From assembly GCF_032444005.1 (NCBI RefSeq), contig NC_091288.1, forward strand, positions 16,058,001 through 16,122,000: 64,000 nucleotides of DNA, written 5' to 3'. A model generated the notes under the pieces. That model was not told the DNA's origin. It saw only the letters and a list, made by a program, of their open reading frames with translations, and searched no databases. This document shows positions 47,001 through 58,614 of the stretch, piece by piece (within the stretch, counting starts at the first letter, position 1; every line of letters starts with the position of its first letter). Both the position numbers and the translations under genes were made by a program. This DNA comes from Ranitomeya imitator (Eukaryota).

Positions 47001-49847
47001 TACTAGACAGCTTAATTACATGTGGGGATCCCCTAGCAACCAGGCAACCCGCACATGTACTCAGCCTGGTTAGTAACTGTAAATCATTCAGCTGAGGTGA
47101 TGAAAACTAAATCTCCGTACACTAACAAATACTCGGAGGACACCCGAGCGTGCTCTGAAAAACTCGAGCAACGAGTATATTCGCTCATCACTAGTTGGGA
47201 CCTATTCACACAGGAGGTGCAGATGCGGATACAAGCAGGAAGGTATGATGTATGACGGAACGGGTTGGGACCTGTTCACACAGGAGGTGAACCGCAAGGC
47301 TGCGGATAAGAGCGGAAGAGCAGCAAGAGATTGGGCAGCAACAGAAGCTAAGCATACCGCTAGGTATGCGGAGAGGAGCTGCAGCAAGAGATTTCTGCAG
47401 GAGCGGAGCAGAGGGGAATGGAGCAGAACCACAGGAGTGCAGAGCAGAGGTAGAAAGTGGTACAGAGAGGGAACACAAGGAAAGACACAGCAGGGTAGGA
47501 AGCCATAGACAAGGAGACAGAGGTAGGACAAAGTTCAGACAAGGTAATGGAACATGACAAGGTACAAGAACAAAGACACAGGGACCAGGATATTCTGCCT
47601 CCTGGAGGGCGGACAGACAAGTACAAAGCAAGGCTAGAACAAAGACACTGAGAGCAGGATATACAGCCTCCCGGAGAGCAGGCAAACAAGATCAAGGCAA
47701 GGCAAAGAGAAAAAAGCCTCCAGAGAAGACATAACACAGAGCAAGGCCTGGCAGCTCAGAAGCAAAACACTGAGTTTAGACACATTGCGCATGCCCAGTC
47801 CACAGGGTTGGTAATTGGTCAGGAACAGATTAGACAGGTGCACCCTGATTCCATAAGAACCAGAGAGTTCTGGCGCCGTCCCCCTATGCACACAGCCAGG
47901 AAGCATGCAGAGAGCAGAGGCACAGAACATGGAGCCGGCAGCAGACAGAAATCACAACATGACCTGGAGCAGTGGGTAAGATGGTGTGTGAGGGATGGGA
48001 GGCCATGCAGTGATGCCGGCGGAGTTGTAACACCAGTACACAAACCAACACTAAAGGGCCTGGAAAAATATGCAATAAAAAGATGAAAAGTTGCAACAAG
48101 TGGGCCTGTTTGACTTCACTGCTGGGGCTAAATGTTGGTCCTGGTCCGGCCCTGTACAGCACTACACTATGACTGCTATGATCCTACTCCCACCCTACTG
48201 CTGCATGATACCCTCAGTGCAAAGAAGACTCCTGAACTCTTTCCTTCTTGTCCGCTAGTTACACCAGCAGCACACTCGTATGGCACCGGGCCGACACATC
48301 TGGCACCGGCAGGAGAGCGATGAGAGCGGAGACAGTGTATCGGGGGACGGACTAATTAACACTACATCAAACTTGCCGACCTCTGCCAGCTGCCCCTCAC
48401 CGTCTGCAATGCTGCGGGAGGATCGGATGCCGCCCATCAGTGCCCATAGGTTCAGTGCCAGCACAGGTATGGATTGTATAGAAATGAGGTCTTGCATTTC
48501 AGGACACAGGCTCTTTACATTTTTAATTGCCGTGTTTTTTGTTTTTTTAAATACTTTTTACAGACTTTGGATCAATGCAGAGAGCCCCATCTAACTTGGC
48601 ACGCCAGCCCATGGGTGGATGGAGCGAAGATACTCAAAGCAGCCGTCATCCGGAGACCGTGCCAGAGGAAGGCTCTGAAGACGAGCTCCCACCACAAACG
48701 CAGAAGGTTTGTGTTTTCTACAATCACATGGCTTCTGCTCGTCATCTCCTCTCACGACTACCACATCTATAGGAAACACGTGGCTGCTTTCTTTCACACA
48801 GCGCCACACCTGTCATGATGTGGTGTCTGGTATTACAGCTCTGCGACATGAAAGTGAATGGCACTGGCTGTGATACCTCGCAACCTGTGCATAGGTGGGG
48901 TGCTGGTTTTAGAAGGATGCACCCATGTTTTTCTTAGTGTGCAGTCAGACGGCAATGAATGCTCGGACTGGCCGGCAGCTCTCCAGACCCGAGAGTGACT
49001 GCACATATTTCCATGCAGATGTCAAGCCAGGGCCGGGGTAGCCGCCGGCCAGTCCGAGCATTGCATTGCGATCCTTGCCAGAGTTATACAGCCATCTAAC
49101 TCTTCCCTAATCCTGTGCAAACCCCTAATGATTCCCCCGAACCCACAAAGCATCCAAAGCACACCAGCACGCAAATACATGACTTATAGGATTGTACAGC
49201 CAGGGCATCATGGTGCATGAAAATAATGTAAACCCTGCTAGCCAATCACTAGAGAGGAATTCTGTGGCCGTCGAATCATGTGTTGTTGTTTTTTTGTTTT
49301 GTTTTATGGAAAAAAACCTTTGTATTTTAAAAGTGATCTATTTTTTTTAAAGGGGAAGTGTTGTTTTTTTATTTGTTTTTTTTTGTTTTAAAAGAGGAAG
49401 TGTTTTACTGAATTTGTTACTTTTTTTAAATTGGGAAGAAAAAAAATTCACGTTTCTTAAAGGAGTATTCTGGTAATGAGTTATTCCCTGAACACAGGCA
49501 CCATGAAGAGGACAGCATGGTGCTGTACTTGGCTATCTCCGGAGGTCCCATCGAGTGAATAGAGCGGTGTTCAACGTGTGCAGTGCTGCTCCAATCAAAC
49601 TGGGGACAGAAGTCTCACTTTCTGGTGGTTTGTGGGGTCTCCGCAGTCGGACCCCCACAGGTCTAATATGTAATATCACTACCTTTCCTCTGTATTAGAT
49701 CACACTTCTGATTACTGGAATACCTCTGTAATTTATTTCCGTTTAGAGAATAATAATCTTTTTTTTTTTTTTTTTCTTATGTATTAGGAGAAGTGCTCTT
49801 ATCTGTGTGTTTTTAATAAATTCTTTTTAATTTCCTTTTAGGTGTAA
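35004..49847 (+). CDS. ATG9A: Autophagy-related protein 9A (lipid scramblase): join(35004-35106,37013-37056,37354-37418,37600-37755,37932-38073,41718-42466,43425-43578,43781-43960,44515-44760,44871-45037,45261-45378,48259-48466,48564-48706,49842-49847); 2481 nt, 826 aa
   Basis: MAVLDTPYQRLEASY, PWNHIENLDLFFSRVYNLHQKNGF, HRILRFKNYMVAMVNK, RHFNELDHQL, AEDGKTELSLMHF, HIWHRQESDESG, EEGSEDELPPQTQKV*. Phases are consistent across all junctions. The terminal 6-nt exon (TTTTAG|GTGTAA) is inferred by analogy to the human ...HKV* ending. Confidence 0.95.
35380..36705. mobile_element. Long fold-back non-autonomous element with extended inverted arms, ATG9A intron
   Basis: GCCACCGCTACAGGGCAAGTGGGAAGAGCCGGGCAAAGC (~35414-35452) is inverted relative to ~36628-36666; ~35840-35890 is inverted relative to ~36398-36450. 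Termini not resolved. Confidence 0.5.
37057..37353 (+). other. U12-type (minor spliceosome) GT-AG intron in ATG9A
   Basis: 5' splice site GTATCCTTT is an exact U12 consensus; branch-like TTCCTTATC at 37332-37340 sits ~13 nt before the AG; no polypyrimidine tract. Confidence 0.85.
38204..39413. mobile_element. Internally deleted Tc1 element with long inverted arms that include the transposase C-terminus
   Basis: TA|CAGTACAGACCAAAAGG...TTTTGGTCTGTACTG|TA; WGELDRRVKAKGPTSAKHLW encoded on both strands (38602-38877 minus, 38900-39250 plus); QDNDPKH and SPDLNPI motifs. Confidence 0.9.
38406..38708 (+). mobile_element. Penelope-like 3' fragment with inverted 5' arm, nested in the Tc1; carries a hammerhead-like fold
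   Basis: 13-bp direct repeat CATCTTTTGCTTT (38393-38405, 38709-38721); arms 38404-38475 and 38567-38642; CGAAACGCGTC motif; AATAAA. Confidence 0.7.
39519..41075 (-). mobile_element. Full-length (1557 bp) Tc1/mariner element with frameshifted transposase
   Basis: TA flanks; TIR (CAC/CAG)TGTGTGCAGAATTATTAGGCAAGTTGTATTTT; minus-strand fragments with N-terminal HTH region, WTDE, MQDNVPSH and SPDLNPIENLW (DD34E-type triad). Confidence 0.92.
43078..43388. mobile_element. hAT-type palindromic MITE (TAGTGATGAG TIR), decayed right end
   Basis: TAGTGATGAGCGAATATAC...GTATATTCACTCTTCACTT; same family as 46883-47193; TSD degenerate. Confidence 0.75.
46435..48032. mobile_element. Solo LTR (TG...CA) with 5-bp TSD CCAGT, ATG9A intron 11
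   Basis: CCAGT|TGTCAC...TGTAACA|CCAGT (46430-46434, 48033-48037); about 1.28 kb after removing the nested MITE; no coding domains seen. Confidence 0.85.
46883..47193. mobile_element. hAT MITE nested in the solo LTR
   Basis: TIR TAGTGATGAGCGA; perfect 8-bp TSD GTTGGGAC (46875-46882, 47194-47201). Confidence 0.9.
49461..49727. mobile_element. Decayed T2-type MITE
   Basis: TTAA|AGGAGTATTCTGGTAAT...ATTACTGGAATACCTCT|GTAA. Confidence 0.55.
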
Positions 49848-51362
49848 GCTTTATTCTCCTCTCGGGCTGCCTTGTATCTGTCCATAGTCCACGTGTAAGT
49901 GAGTCTGGCTCCGTATGCCCTTCAGTGTCTGTAAATACTGATGTATATATTATGGTTTTGCTCGCTCCTGGATTTGCACTGAACTTGGAGAGCAGCGATG
50001 TGTCCAGATGGCACACCATGAAGGATTGGCTGGATCGTTCATCGTCTCTTCCGTATCTGACATCATCAGAGAATATAATGGATCTCGACACTGGAAAAAC
50101 TTTCTTTTACCATCTTCTATATGATAAGACTGTAATGGGTATGTGGACTTTTGCAACCATTTTGTCTTTATTGATCCAATACATTAACAGTTAAAAAATA
50201 AAGCAACTTTGCAAATAGTCTTGATTAAAAAAATATTGTACATATTTTTTTTATTTTTTTTTGTATGCAGAGCTATGTGTCTCACAAATCCAGTGTGTAG
50301 TCTCATCTTGCTGTCTCCATTTCTTACCAGTTTAGAAGGCGTGGAGTAAAGCAAGACTGCAGGATCAAACTACACAGTGTTTGCTTGTACCCTTTAACCA
50401 TGGAGACACACAGGTCTGCACTGGAGCTGTATACACAAAACGGTACAATATTTAACATTCAGAACATTTACAAAGCTACTACATTTCTAATGTTGGATTC
50501 TGAGGGGCGATAAGAGCGGTTACAGAGGTTTATACGTCGGCTCATTTGAGTATATTACATAGGACAGGATCAGTGGGTTTACATAGGTTCATTGTGCACC
50601 ACTAACACGTCTGCAGTGTTTTGTATAGAAATGTATATTGCATCTTTTGTACCGTTGTATAATTCTAATTAAAATGGATTATCTGTAATGTCAAACGTCT
50701 TTTGTGTCGTCACGTTTATTCCAGAACAGGAGGCCAAAAACGACAAAAGGGAAACCAGCAACGATCTTTTGGTTCCTGTTCATCACCCCATGAGGGGTAA
50801 TGTTGGGGGGAGTATTACCTAAGTAAGGTGCCAGTCACGTCCGCAATTTGCCATTGTGACTGCCTCGATTTTTCAATATGAGCGTCTGAACCTGGCTGTA
50901 GAAGACCACCAAGCAGCAGAAATTGATAGATGACAAGCTCTTACAGTCCCATAAAGAAACTTGCCCTATTTCCACAGCAAAGCAGAACAGCCGGATTCTC
51001 AATTAATTTTTAGGATTTGACCCTTTTAAATATCCTCAGGTCACTGTAGCTACAAATAGCCTAGTACTGATCACGCAGCACGGCATGTGCAACACTGATA
51101 GTTGCCTGGGGTCATTTTCATGGCCATTATCGATGTCTTGCAGTAGGAGCTAATGCTCTTTCTAGCTAGAGTGTCCCTGAAAATATTAGGAAAGGGTTGG
51201 TTCAGTCTGAAGTAAAAGGGGTCTTTCCATTTTTGTACACATCCTCTAGGGTACTACCTCACTTTATGATCCACGGAGGTCCAACATCTGGGACCCGAAC
51301 TGATACTGAAAAAGAAGGGACTGCAACATTGTTCAAAAACTGTAGTGAATGTTTTGCTGTAG

Positions 51363-52592
51363 TTATTATTATTTATTTATATAGCACCATTAATTCCATG
51401 GTGCTGTACATGAGAAAGGGGTTACATACAGGGTTATAAATATAGTTAACAGTAAACAAATTTACAATGATTGACTGGTACAGAGGTGAGAGGACCCTGT
51501 CCCTTACTTACATTATTCGGGATAATGGGGAAGAGACAGGCGGTCGGTGTGCGGCAGCTCTGGTGGTGGTGAGGCAGCAACTCTGGTGGTGGTGAGGCGA
51601 CAGCTCTGGCGGTGGTGAGGCGGCAGCTCTGGCGGTGGTGAGGCGGCAGCTCTGGTGGTGGTGAGGCGGCAGCTCTGGTGGTGGTGAGGCGGCAGCTCTG
51701 GTGGTGGTGAGGCGGCAGCTCTGGTGGTGGTGAGGCGGCAGCTCTGGTGGTGGTGAGGCGGCAGCTCTGGGGGTGGTGAGGCGGCAGCTCTGGCGGTGGT
51801 GAGGCGGCAGCTCTGGCGGTGGTGAGGCGGCAGCTCTGGCGGTGGTGAGGCGGCAGCTCTGGCGATGGTGAGGCGGCAGCTCTGGCGGTGGTGAGACGGC
51901 AACTCGGGTGGTGGTGAGGCGGCAACTCGGGTGGTGGTGAGGCGGCAGCTCTGGTGGTGGTGAGGCGGCAGCTCTGGTGGTGGTGAGGCGACAGCTCTGG
52001 TGGTGGTGAGGCGGCAGCTCTGGTGGTGGTGAGGCGGCAGCTCTGGTGGTGGTGAGGCAGCAGCTCTGGCGGTGGTGAGGCAGCAGCTCGGGTGGTTGGT
52101 GGGGGGGCAGAATGGTTATTGCAGGCTGTAGGCTTTCCTGAAGAGATGTGTTTTCAGGTTCCGTCTGAAGGATCTGACGGTGATGGATAATCGGACCTGT
52201 TGAGGCGTGGAATTCCAGAGGATGGGGGATATTCGGGACATATCTTGGGAGGCGGTTGTGTGAGGAACGAATAAGTGTGGAGGAGAGTAGGAGGTCTTGG
52301 GAGGATCGGAGATTACGTGACGGAAGATATCGGGAGATTAGTTCAGAGATATAGGGAGGGGACAGGTTGTGGATGGCTTTGTAGATTAGTGTTAGTAGTT
52401 TGAACTGGATTTGTTGGGGAATTGGGAGCCAGTGGAGGGATTTGCAGAGGGGAGAAGCAGGGGAGTAGCGAGGAGAGAGGTGGATTAGCCGGGCAGCAGA
52501 GTTGAGGACAGACTGGAGCGGTGCAAGAGAGTTAGCGGGGAGGCCACAGAGGAGGATGTTGCAGTAATCGAGGCGGGAGATGATGAGGGCAT
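51363..52592 (-). mobile_element. 5'-truncated L2 LINE 3' fragment
   Basis: [18 protein letters not shown]...LHWLPIPQQIQFKLL, homologous to the C-terminus of the L2 at 10188-11741; (TAA)n-like tail at ~51363. Confidence 0.88.
51552..52095. repeat. 23-bp G-rich minisatellite (~24 copies) inside the L2 3' UTR
   Basis: Unit TGAGGCGGCAGCTCTGGTGGTGG. Confidence 0.92.
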
Positions 52593-54522
52593 ACATAGTT
52601 CTCATACAATAGGTTGTCGGGAACGCCACTGCGCAAAGAAAAACGGTAAAACAGATCAGGAGCTAGAACATTACTGTGGTCACCTTATTCTCAGGTCAGA
52701 CCACCACCGAATTGGAGAGGTAAGGCATATTTATCTGATCGCTGCTGTTTGTACCAGTCTTATGTTTTATTGAATGCTATCAATCTGTTGGATTACACAG
52801 GGTGCAGATAGACTGACGTATTTCTCGTGTAGTGACCTCATCACAGTACACGGACTGACAGTCGGCTCTTCTGACCTGAGTGTGACAGCGTGATGTATTT
52901 CTATGTCGCTGTCATGCTCAGGTCAGGAGAGCAGACGGTCAGTCCGAGGATTGCGATTCGAGAAATACGGCCATCTGTCTGTGCCATTATCTTCATATTC
53001 GGTAAAATGGTGGCGGCGCATGTGCAGGTTGGTAAATCATTGAGCCATGATCTCAGTCTGCTCATGCACCAACACTGGCACCATTTTACGTCTGCACACA
53101 GATTGATCTGCGCAAGTGCCGCCTGTGGCTAGGATGGTGCCAACTAGGAATTTTAAACAATATGTAGATACTTACACCAGAGGCAACTGAGGGGTCCTGG
53201 CTGAGAAAAAGACCCTACCCACAGGCCCACCCTGATGCACAAACGGCTAATTACACCAAGACTTCTAATGGTGATTAATGAATAACGAGGATTCGGACTT
53301 CTACAGGGAAGGAACCTATGAAATCCGCAGCACCGCGCCTCGATGCCTGATCCTGATTACCGGTTCTCTAAGGCACTGATCGTAAGCCGAGAGCTCGAAA
53401 ATGTTTGGATATTGAAACACAAAAGTCTATTAGAAACTTGCAGAACTTTTTATTATATCTGATTATGAAGCCATTTAATTACACAAATATCTTAGTTATT
53501 ACATATCACACAGGAGCGTAATAACCGCAGCTGTGTAACAATATGAGGAAATGATATCTAGGCAGAGCTGGAACGTAGAGCGGCACAAGCTCCAACTGTC
53601 TAAGAAGTAAAGGAGGCAAAATATGGAGAAACAAGGCCTTCATTAATTCTCTCTACATTGTCCCGGTATTAAAGAGAAGCTGTCAGGCGATTAATGCTGC
53701 CTCAACCAGAGATGCCATGAATCTGAGCCAGATACATTATTCTCGGAAATGCTCCGGTGTTTCAGAGAAAATACAGGTTTGAATCTCTTTTCAGCGCCAC
53801 TCTAGGTGATTGACAGACCTAACCCTATTGACACGTGATAGAGACCTGTCCATTACTAGAGTGTCGCTGGGCAGAGTCAGCCGGAGATCAGACTAGTCCG
53901 GCTCTGCCCTGGCCGGCTCTTCCTAGCGCTGCTCTAGGTGATTGACAGGTCTCTTCCATGTGTAAATGGAATCTTCACATTTAGACTTTCTTTGAAACAC
54001 TATTTTTGCAAAGTGCTGCTTTGCATAACGCTTTTTTCAGGGCTTTAAGTAACTACACATTATCACAGTGCATGTTACAGCACAGGATCATCATGACACT
54101 GATCCATCCCAGACAGAAAAATAAAATGTACACTTCACCGCTGACCTTGGTGTTTAAAATCTAAAACTGAAAAAGTAATAGATCCTGTCTAAAGAGACTC
54201 GGAGCTTAGACACATGGCCCAAAACAAAAATACCTCCCATCCTTTCGTGGATATTTGCTGGCAATGAAATGCAATTTGCTGGGTGGATTATATCCAGAAG
54301 TAGAGCCACCTTCACCAGCTGCAGATGAGGGGATGGACTGTATGTAGCTACAGCAGTAATATTGTAACACACAGCCTCAACTACAGACTTTTTAGGTACA
54401 TTAAATCATTATCGTAACGGTGACACAGAAAATGCAATCTGCACGCCTACCTAAATTTTCAGATTCCCTATTATACAATTTACAGCCTGATCCAAGTTTT
54501 AGATTTGATGTCTTATGGGAGT

Positions 54523-54705
54523 GCCTCTCCCAGTAATATAGGCTGGATGTGAGGTCTGTGTGCCTCTCCCAGAAATATAGGCTGGATGTGAGGTCTGTGT
54601 GCCTCTCCCAGTAATATAGGCTGGATGTGAGATCTGGGTCTCTCCCAGTAATACAGGCTGGATGTGAGATCTGGGTCTCTCCCAGTAATACAGGCTGGAT
54701 GTGAT
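54523..54705. repeat. 39-bp (37-bp variant) tandem repeat, ~5 copies, resuming at ~55158 after an insertion
   Basis: Unit GCCTCTCCCAGTAATATAGGCTGGATGTGAGGTCTGTGT at 54523, 54562, 54601. Confidence 0.85.
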
Positions 54706-55154
54706 GAAACAAAAAGAAAAAAGTGAGCTGCACAGCTGCAGAATCCAAAAAGACGCTAAATGGAGACTTTCAGTCATTGGTAATCCAATACATAGACGGA
54801 GGTGCTCGCGTGAAAATGAGAGATCAAGTCATAACAAATCATAGAACAAACGCGGCAGCACTCACCGGTCCTGTAGTCAGAAGTTCCTTTATTCAAATGT
54901 GTAGAAAAAACATCTTCACGGCTCAGGGAAACAGGGCAGTGAGAGGAGCTCAACGGCCGTTTCGCACTTGAAACAGCGCTTCTACGGGACCCGTAGAAGC
55001 GCTGTTTCAAGCGCAAAACGGCCGTCGTCTCCTTCTGCACACTCCTCTCACTGCCCTGTTTCCCTGAGCCGTGAAGATGTTTTTTCTACTCATTTGAATA
55101 AAGGAACTTCTGACTACAGGACCGGTGAGTGCTGCCGCGTTTGTTCTATGATTT
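54706..55154. mobile_element. Penelope-like palindromic 3'-end insertion
   Basis: Arms 54836-54988 and 54990-55154 meet at TCTACGGG-A-CCCGTAGA; AATAAA followed by CCGGTGAGTGC; (G/A)AAACGGCCGT motif in both arms. Family assignment is inference. Confidence 0.7.
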
Positions 55155-55204
55155 CCATAGGCTGTATGTGAGGTCTGTGTATGTGCCCCAGAAATATAGA
55201 CTTT

Positions 55205-55397
55205 CCTTACGTGTTGGATGTTTTGTGTCGTCATTATGATTTAAAAAGAGAAAACCCAGTAGATTGATAATAAATGGCTTCACCCAACCACTAACCATGA
55301 GTGGAGGAAAAGTTTGGTGTTATCATTCATATGCTCTGAAAAAAAGGCCAAGAAAGCAAAAATTCTGCCGGGGTATGTAAACTTTTGAGCACAACTG
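55205..55397. mobile_element. Tc1 terminal fragment
   Basis: Ends GGGGTATGTAAACTTTTGAGCACAACTG|TA, a Tc1-type TIR. Confidence 0.7.
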
Positions 55398-56379
55398 TAT
55401 ATATACACAAAATAAAAAATATAAAAGTTGTGTCAATAGTTTCCAGTCTCCCCTAAATGTAACATTTGGAATCTCGCTGCGTGCCATCTTGTCCGAACTA
55501 ATAAAATATCATACTATTTACCCCATAAGGTGAACAAGAAAACCCACAAAAAAAAAATTGAAAATACTATTTTGCGTTCACTTTTCAATAACTAGAATTA
55601 GAGATCATAAATTCTTATAATAAAGACTGACCGAAGAATAAACGTTCTCGCTCCTGGGAGGTGGAGAAAAACAAGAAAGTGCAGCGTCGCCCACTGGGAA
55701 TCTGTCCCCCGAGGGGCCGCAGGAGCCGGCTGCTCCCAATGTTCGCTACACGGGACAACAGATCATTGGATAAGAAGCAATTCCTGCCGCTGCTGATATA
55801 GAAACACATGAAAAAGAGACGACAATCGCTAAATCAAGAATTTAAATCCTCAACCCCCCCCCCCTTTTTAATTAGTAATTTGTGAAGTTTTCATTATTTT
55901 TTTTATTGTCTCTCTACAATTCCAGATCAGGCCCCGGACAGACAATATCTTTTACAGACACATTGGAAAAACCATAATAAATCCTTCTGATGATACCGTG
56001 TGTGATCCGCAGCCACAGCCCAGAATTCTGATATGATGACATCAGCTGCAATCACTGTAAAAATCAAGATCATTACCGTCAAAATAAACTGAATTACCAT
56101 AAGTTTCTTTAGCTTCAAGAATATCACGGTCACCTTATTTTTTGTTTTGTTTTTTTACTGACAGGGCAAAAAAGTTCCTTATATTTTATGGACTGTCCTG
56201 AAATTTCTGGACGGTTGTGAACCTTGGCGAGGAGACTGTGCCCTACAAAAGACTGAGTCACACAAGTTACACAACGCCCATCACATGATGAACTTCTGTC
56301 AAAACAACTCGCCCGTCCATCCAGGCTTCCGTAGTTACTGGGCACATGGGTGTACAAAGATGGCCGATAGTCCCGCCTT

Positions 56380-56501
56380 CTTCTGATTGACAGCTTGTGC
56401 AGCCAATGAGTGGTCCGCGCTGGGAGGAAGCTTGCGGTCTCCAGGGTAACGGAGAGGAAGTGACGTGATTTCCGGATGTCTGGCGCTACAGGCGGGTTCA
56501 G
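56380..56501 (+). promoter_or_regulatory. Putative ZFAND2B promoter and non-coding first exon
   Basis: CpG-rich; CCAAT 56403-56407; GGAAGTGACGTGATTTCCGG 56456-56475 (ETS + CRE/UPRE-like); donor CAG|GTGAGC at 56502. Confidence 0.6.
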
Positions 56502-58614
56502 GTGAGCAGTATCGGGTGTAGTCGTGTGATATCGGGATATTACAGGGTGAGGGGATTATTGGGGGTCCGGAGAGGTGATAACACCCCGGGAATGCGCCCT
56601 GTGTGGGGTGGGGCCTCATGTTATGGCAGACCGCCGGCTGGGGGTGATCTCTGTGCAGGCAATGATGAGGGTTGTATCCTGACAGCAGACCGCTGACTCC
56701 TGTAACTTCACCATAGACTTTGTGACAATCTCCTCAGTCCCTCTGCTTGCTGTCAGTGAATGGGACACATGTAAACTGCACAGCTCTCACAGCTGAGGGT
56801 TCGGTACTGTTGTCTCCAGTCTGGATAAACCTTCATTTACATGAATTATTAAAGATCTCTCCGGCCATAATCGGTGTCCGGCCCCAGTAATGGCCGATAA
56901 TGGCTCCTTCTTCCATTCACTGACTTCTATCCGCCTCCTCCAGAGAAGCATTTGCCGACATTAGTAAATGTTCTGCCCTGATAATGGGGGGGACGTTCAG
57001 GGCGGCCGCCGGGATCGCAGGAGACCGTCATGTTCTATCCGTTACTGGACAATTGCAACATAAAGCACAAACTGTCCAATAAGTATAATTATATTTGTAA
57101 TATATTATATATTTATAATATTTATAATTATTATAGAAGTATAATTATAATAAATAATATTAATAAGAGCCGGGAATAAAGTGAAAAGTAAAAATACTTT
57201 AAAAAAAATAAATATAAGTCTGAATTGCCTAATCTACCCCATTTTTCCAAATATATATTTTATTTTTTTTTTAAAAAAACATTAGTTTGATTTACCGCAT
57301 TTTTCCAATTAAAAAATAACACCACGTATTCAGTCCTGCGCCTGCTGTAAAAGTCCCATCTGTGAAAATATAAAGTTATTTAACCCATTAGGTGAATATC
57401 CTAAAAAGAAGATAAAATAACGAAACACCAGAATTGGCATATTTGAAACAAATTGCAATAAAAATTGATCTAACATCAAATGCAGAAACTGAACCAATAA
57501 AAACTTCAGCTCGTCACAGAAAAATAAAGGAAAATAACCAAAAGTGCGAGGCTTAGAAAAGGCCGGCACAAACCACATTTATTTTTTTCTTTTACAAAGT
57601 TTTTATAACTTTTTTTTTTATTTTTTTTGGCCCCAAAATCTTAAAAAAACAAACCCCTGGTATTGCCGTCGTTGTAATGACCTGAAGGATCCTGCTGCCA
57701 TGTTGTGTTGACCACACAATGAATGCTGGGAAAACAAACCCCCCCAAAAAAACAATCTCGGAATAATTTTTTCTTTCCAGGATTTCTCCACAGTGGGAAT
57801 TTTTTTCACGCCTTTTGGCACATTATGGTGTAAATTGAATGACGTCATTCAAAACTGCGACTCGTGAGTGTCTGTGTGACGAAGGGAGAAAGAAATAAAT
57901 AAAAATGTAAATGTTCCACGTGCTGAAGGGATTGAGACAGACAGACGTAGCCGGACGCTGCGTGTCAGTGAATAGAAGCCAGTAAATGGATGAGCTGCAG
58001 GCAGAATATTACACGGTATCGGGGGAGGAAATGGTGCACGGGGAAAGTGACGTCTTGACATTGCGGAGCCTAGGAAGCTGCCGGGCTCAGCAGCAGAGGT
58101 CTGCACCACAATTTGTTCTTTTTTTTTCTCACCCCTTTTGCATGCTTTACTTTTGTTTTGCACCCAGGGGGGTTCATTTCTCCCAATCGTTGTCCTCAGT
58201 GCTTCTCACCTAGCACCAAAAATTGGCTCTATGGAAATCATTCTTCAGTATTTAGGGGTTATTTCGACTCTGGGTGGTAAAATGTAAAGATGTGGCCCCA
58301 ACTGGACAACCCCTGCTTATAAGGAAGCCTCCGACAAGCCACATAATCCGTCAGCAGGAGCCACCAGTGATCGGAGGAAGCTGGAGGCTCCAAATATTTA
58401 ACTCCTGGATCCATGACTGCGCTGTCCAGCCCCTCTCTGGCCGGCATAGGGGGTGACGTCTCTTCACTTTCCATTGGGACATAGATTCCGTAATGTCTCT
58501 ACCCGTGATCACCTTTTCTTTGCAGCGATGTCTGCCGTTCTCTTCTGCTTCCTTTATCATGTTGTTTCTTTTCTTTACTTCCAGACGGTTTTTACTTCTT
58601 TGGAAACTACCGCC

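Noticed and set aside
46443-48162. Cluster of 60-177 aa ORFs
   Set aside because: All lie in the solo LTR or its MITE; low complexity, no gag/pol/env motifs.
51446-52629. 373-aa proline/histidine-rich ORF
   Set aside because: Chimera of the L2 RT C-terminus and the 23-bp minisatellite.
50700-56400. Search for ABCB6 exons or a pseudogene
   Set aside because: No Walker motifs or TMD0-like segments seen by eye; a tblastn is needed to exclude short decayed exons.
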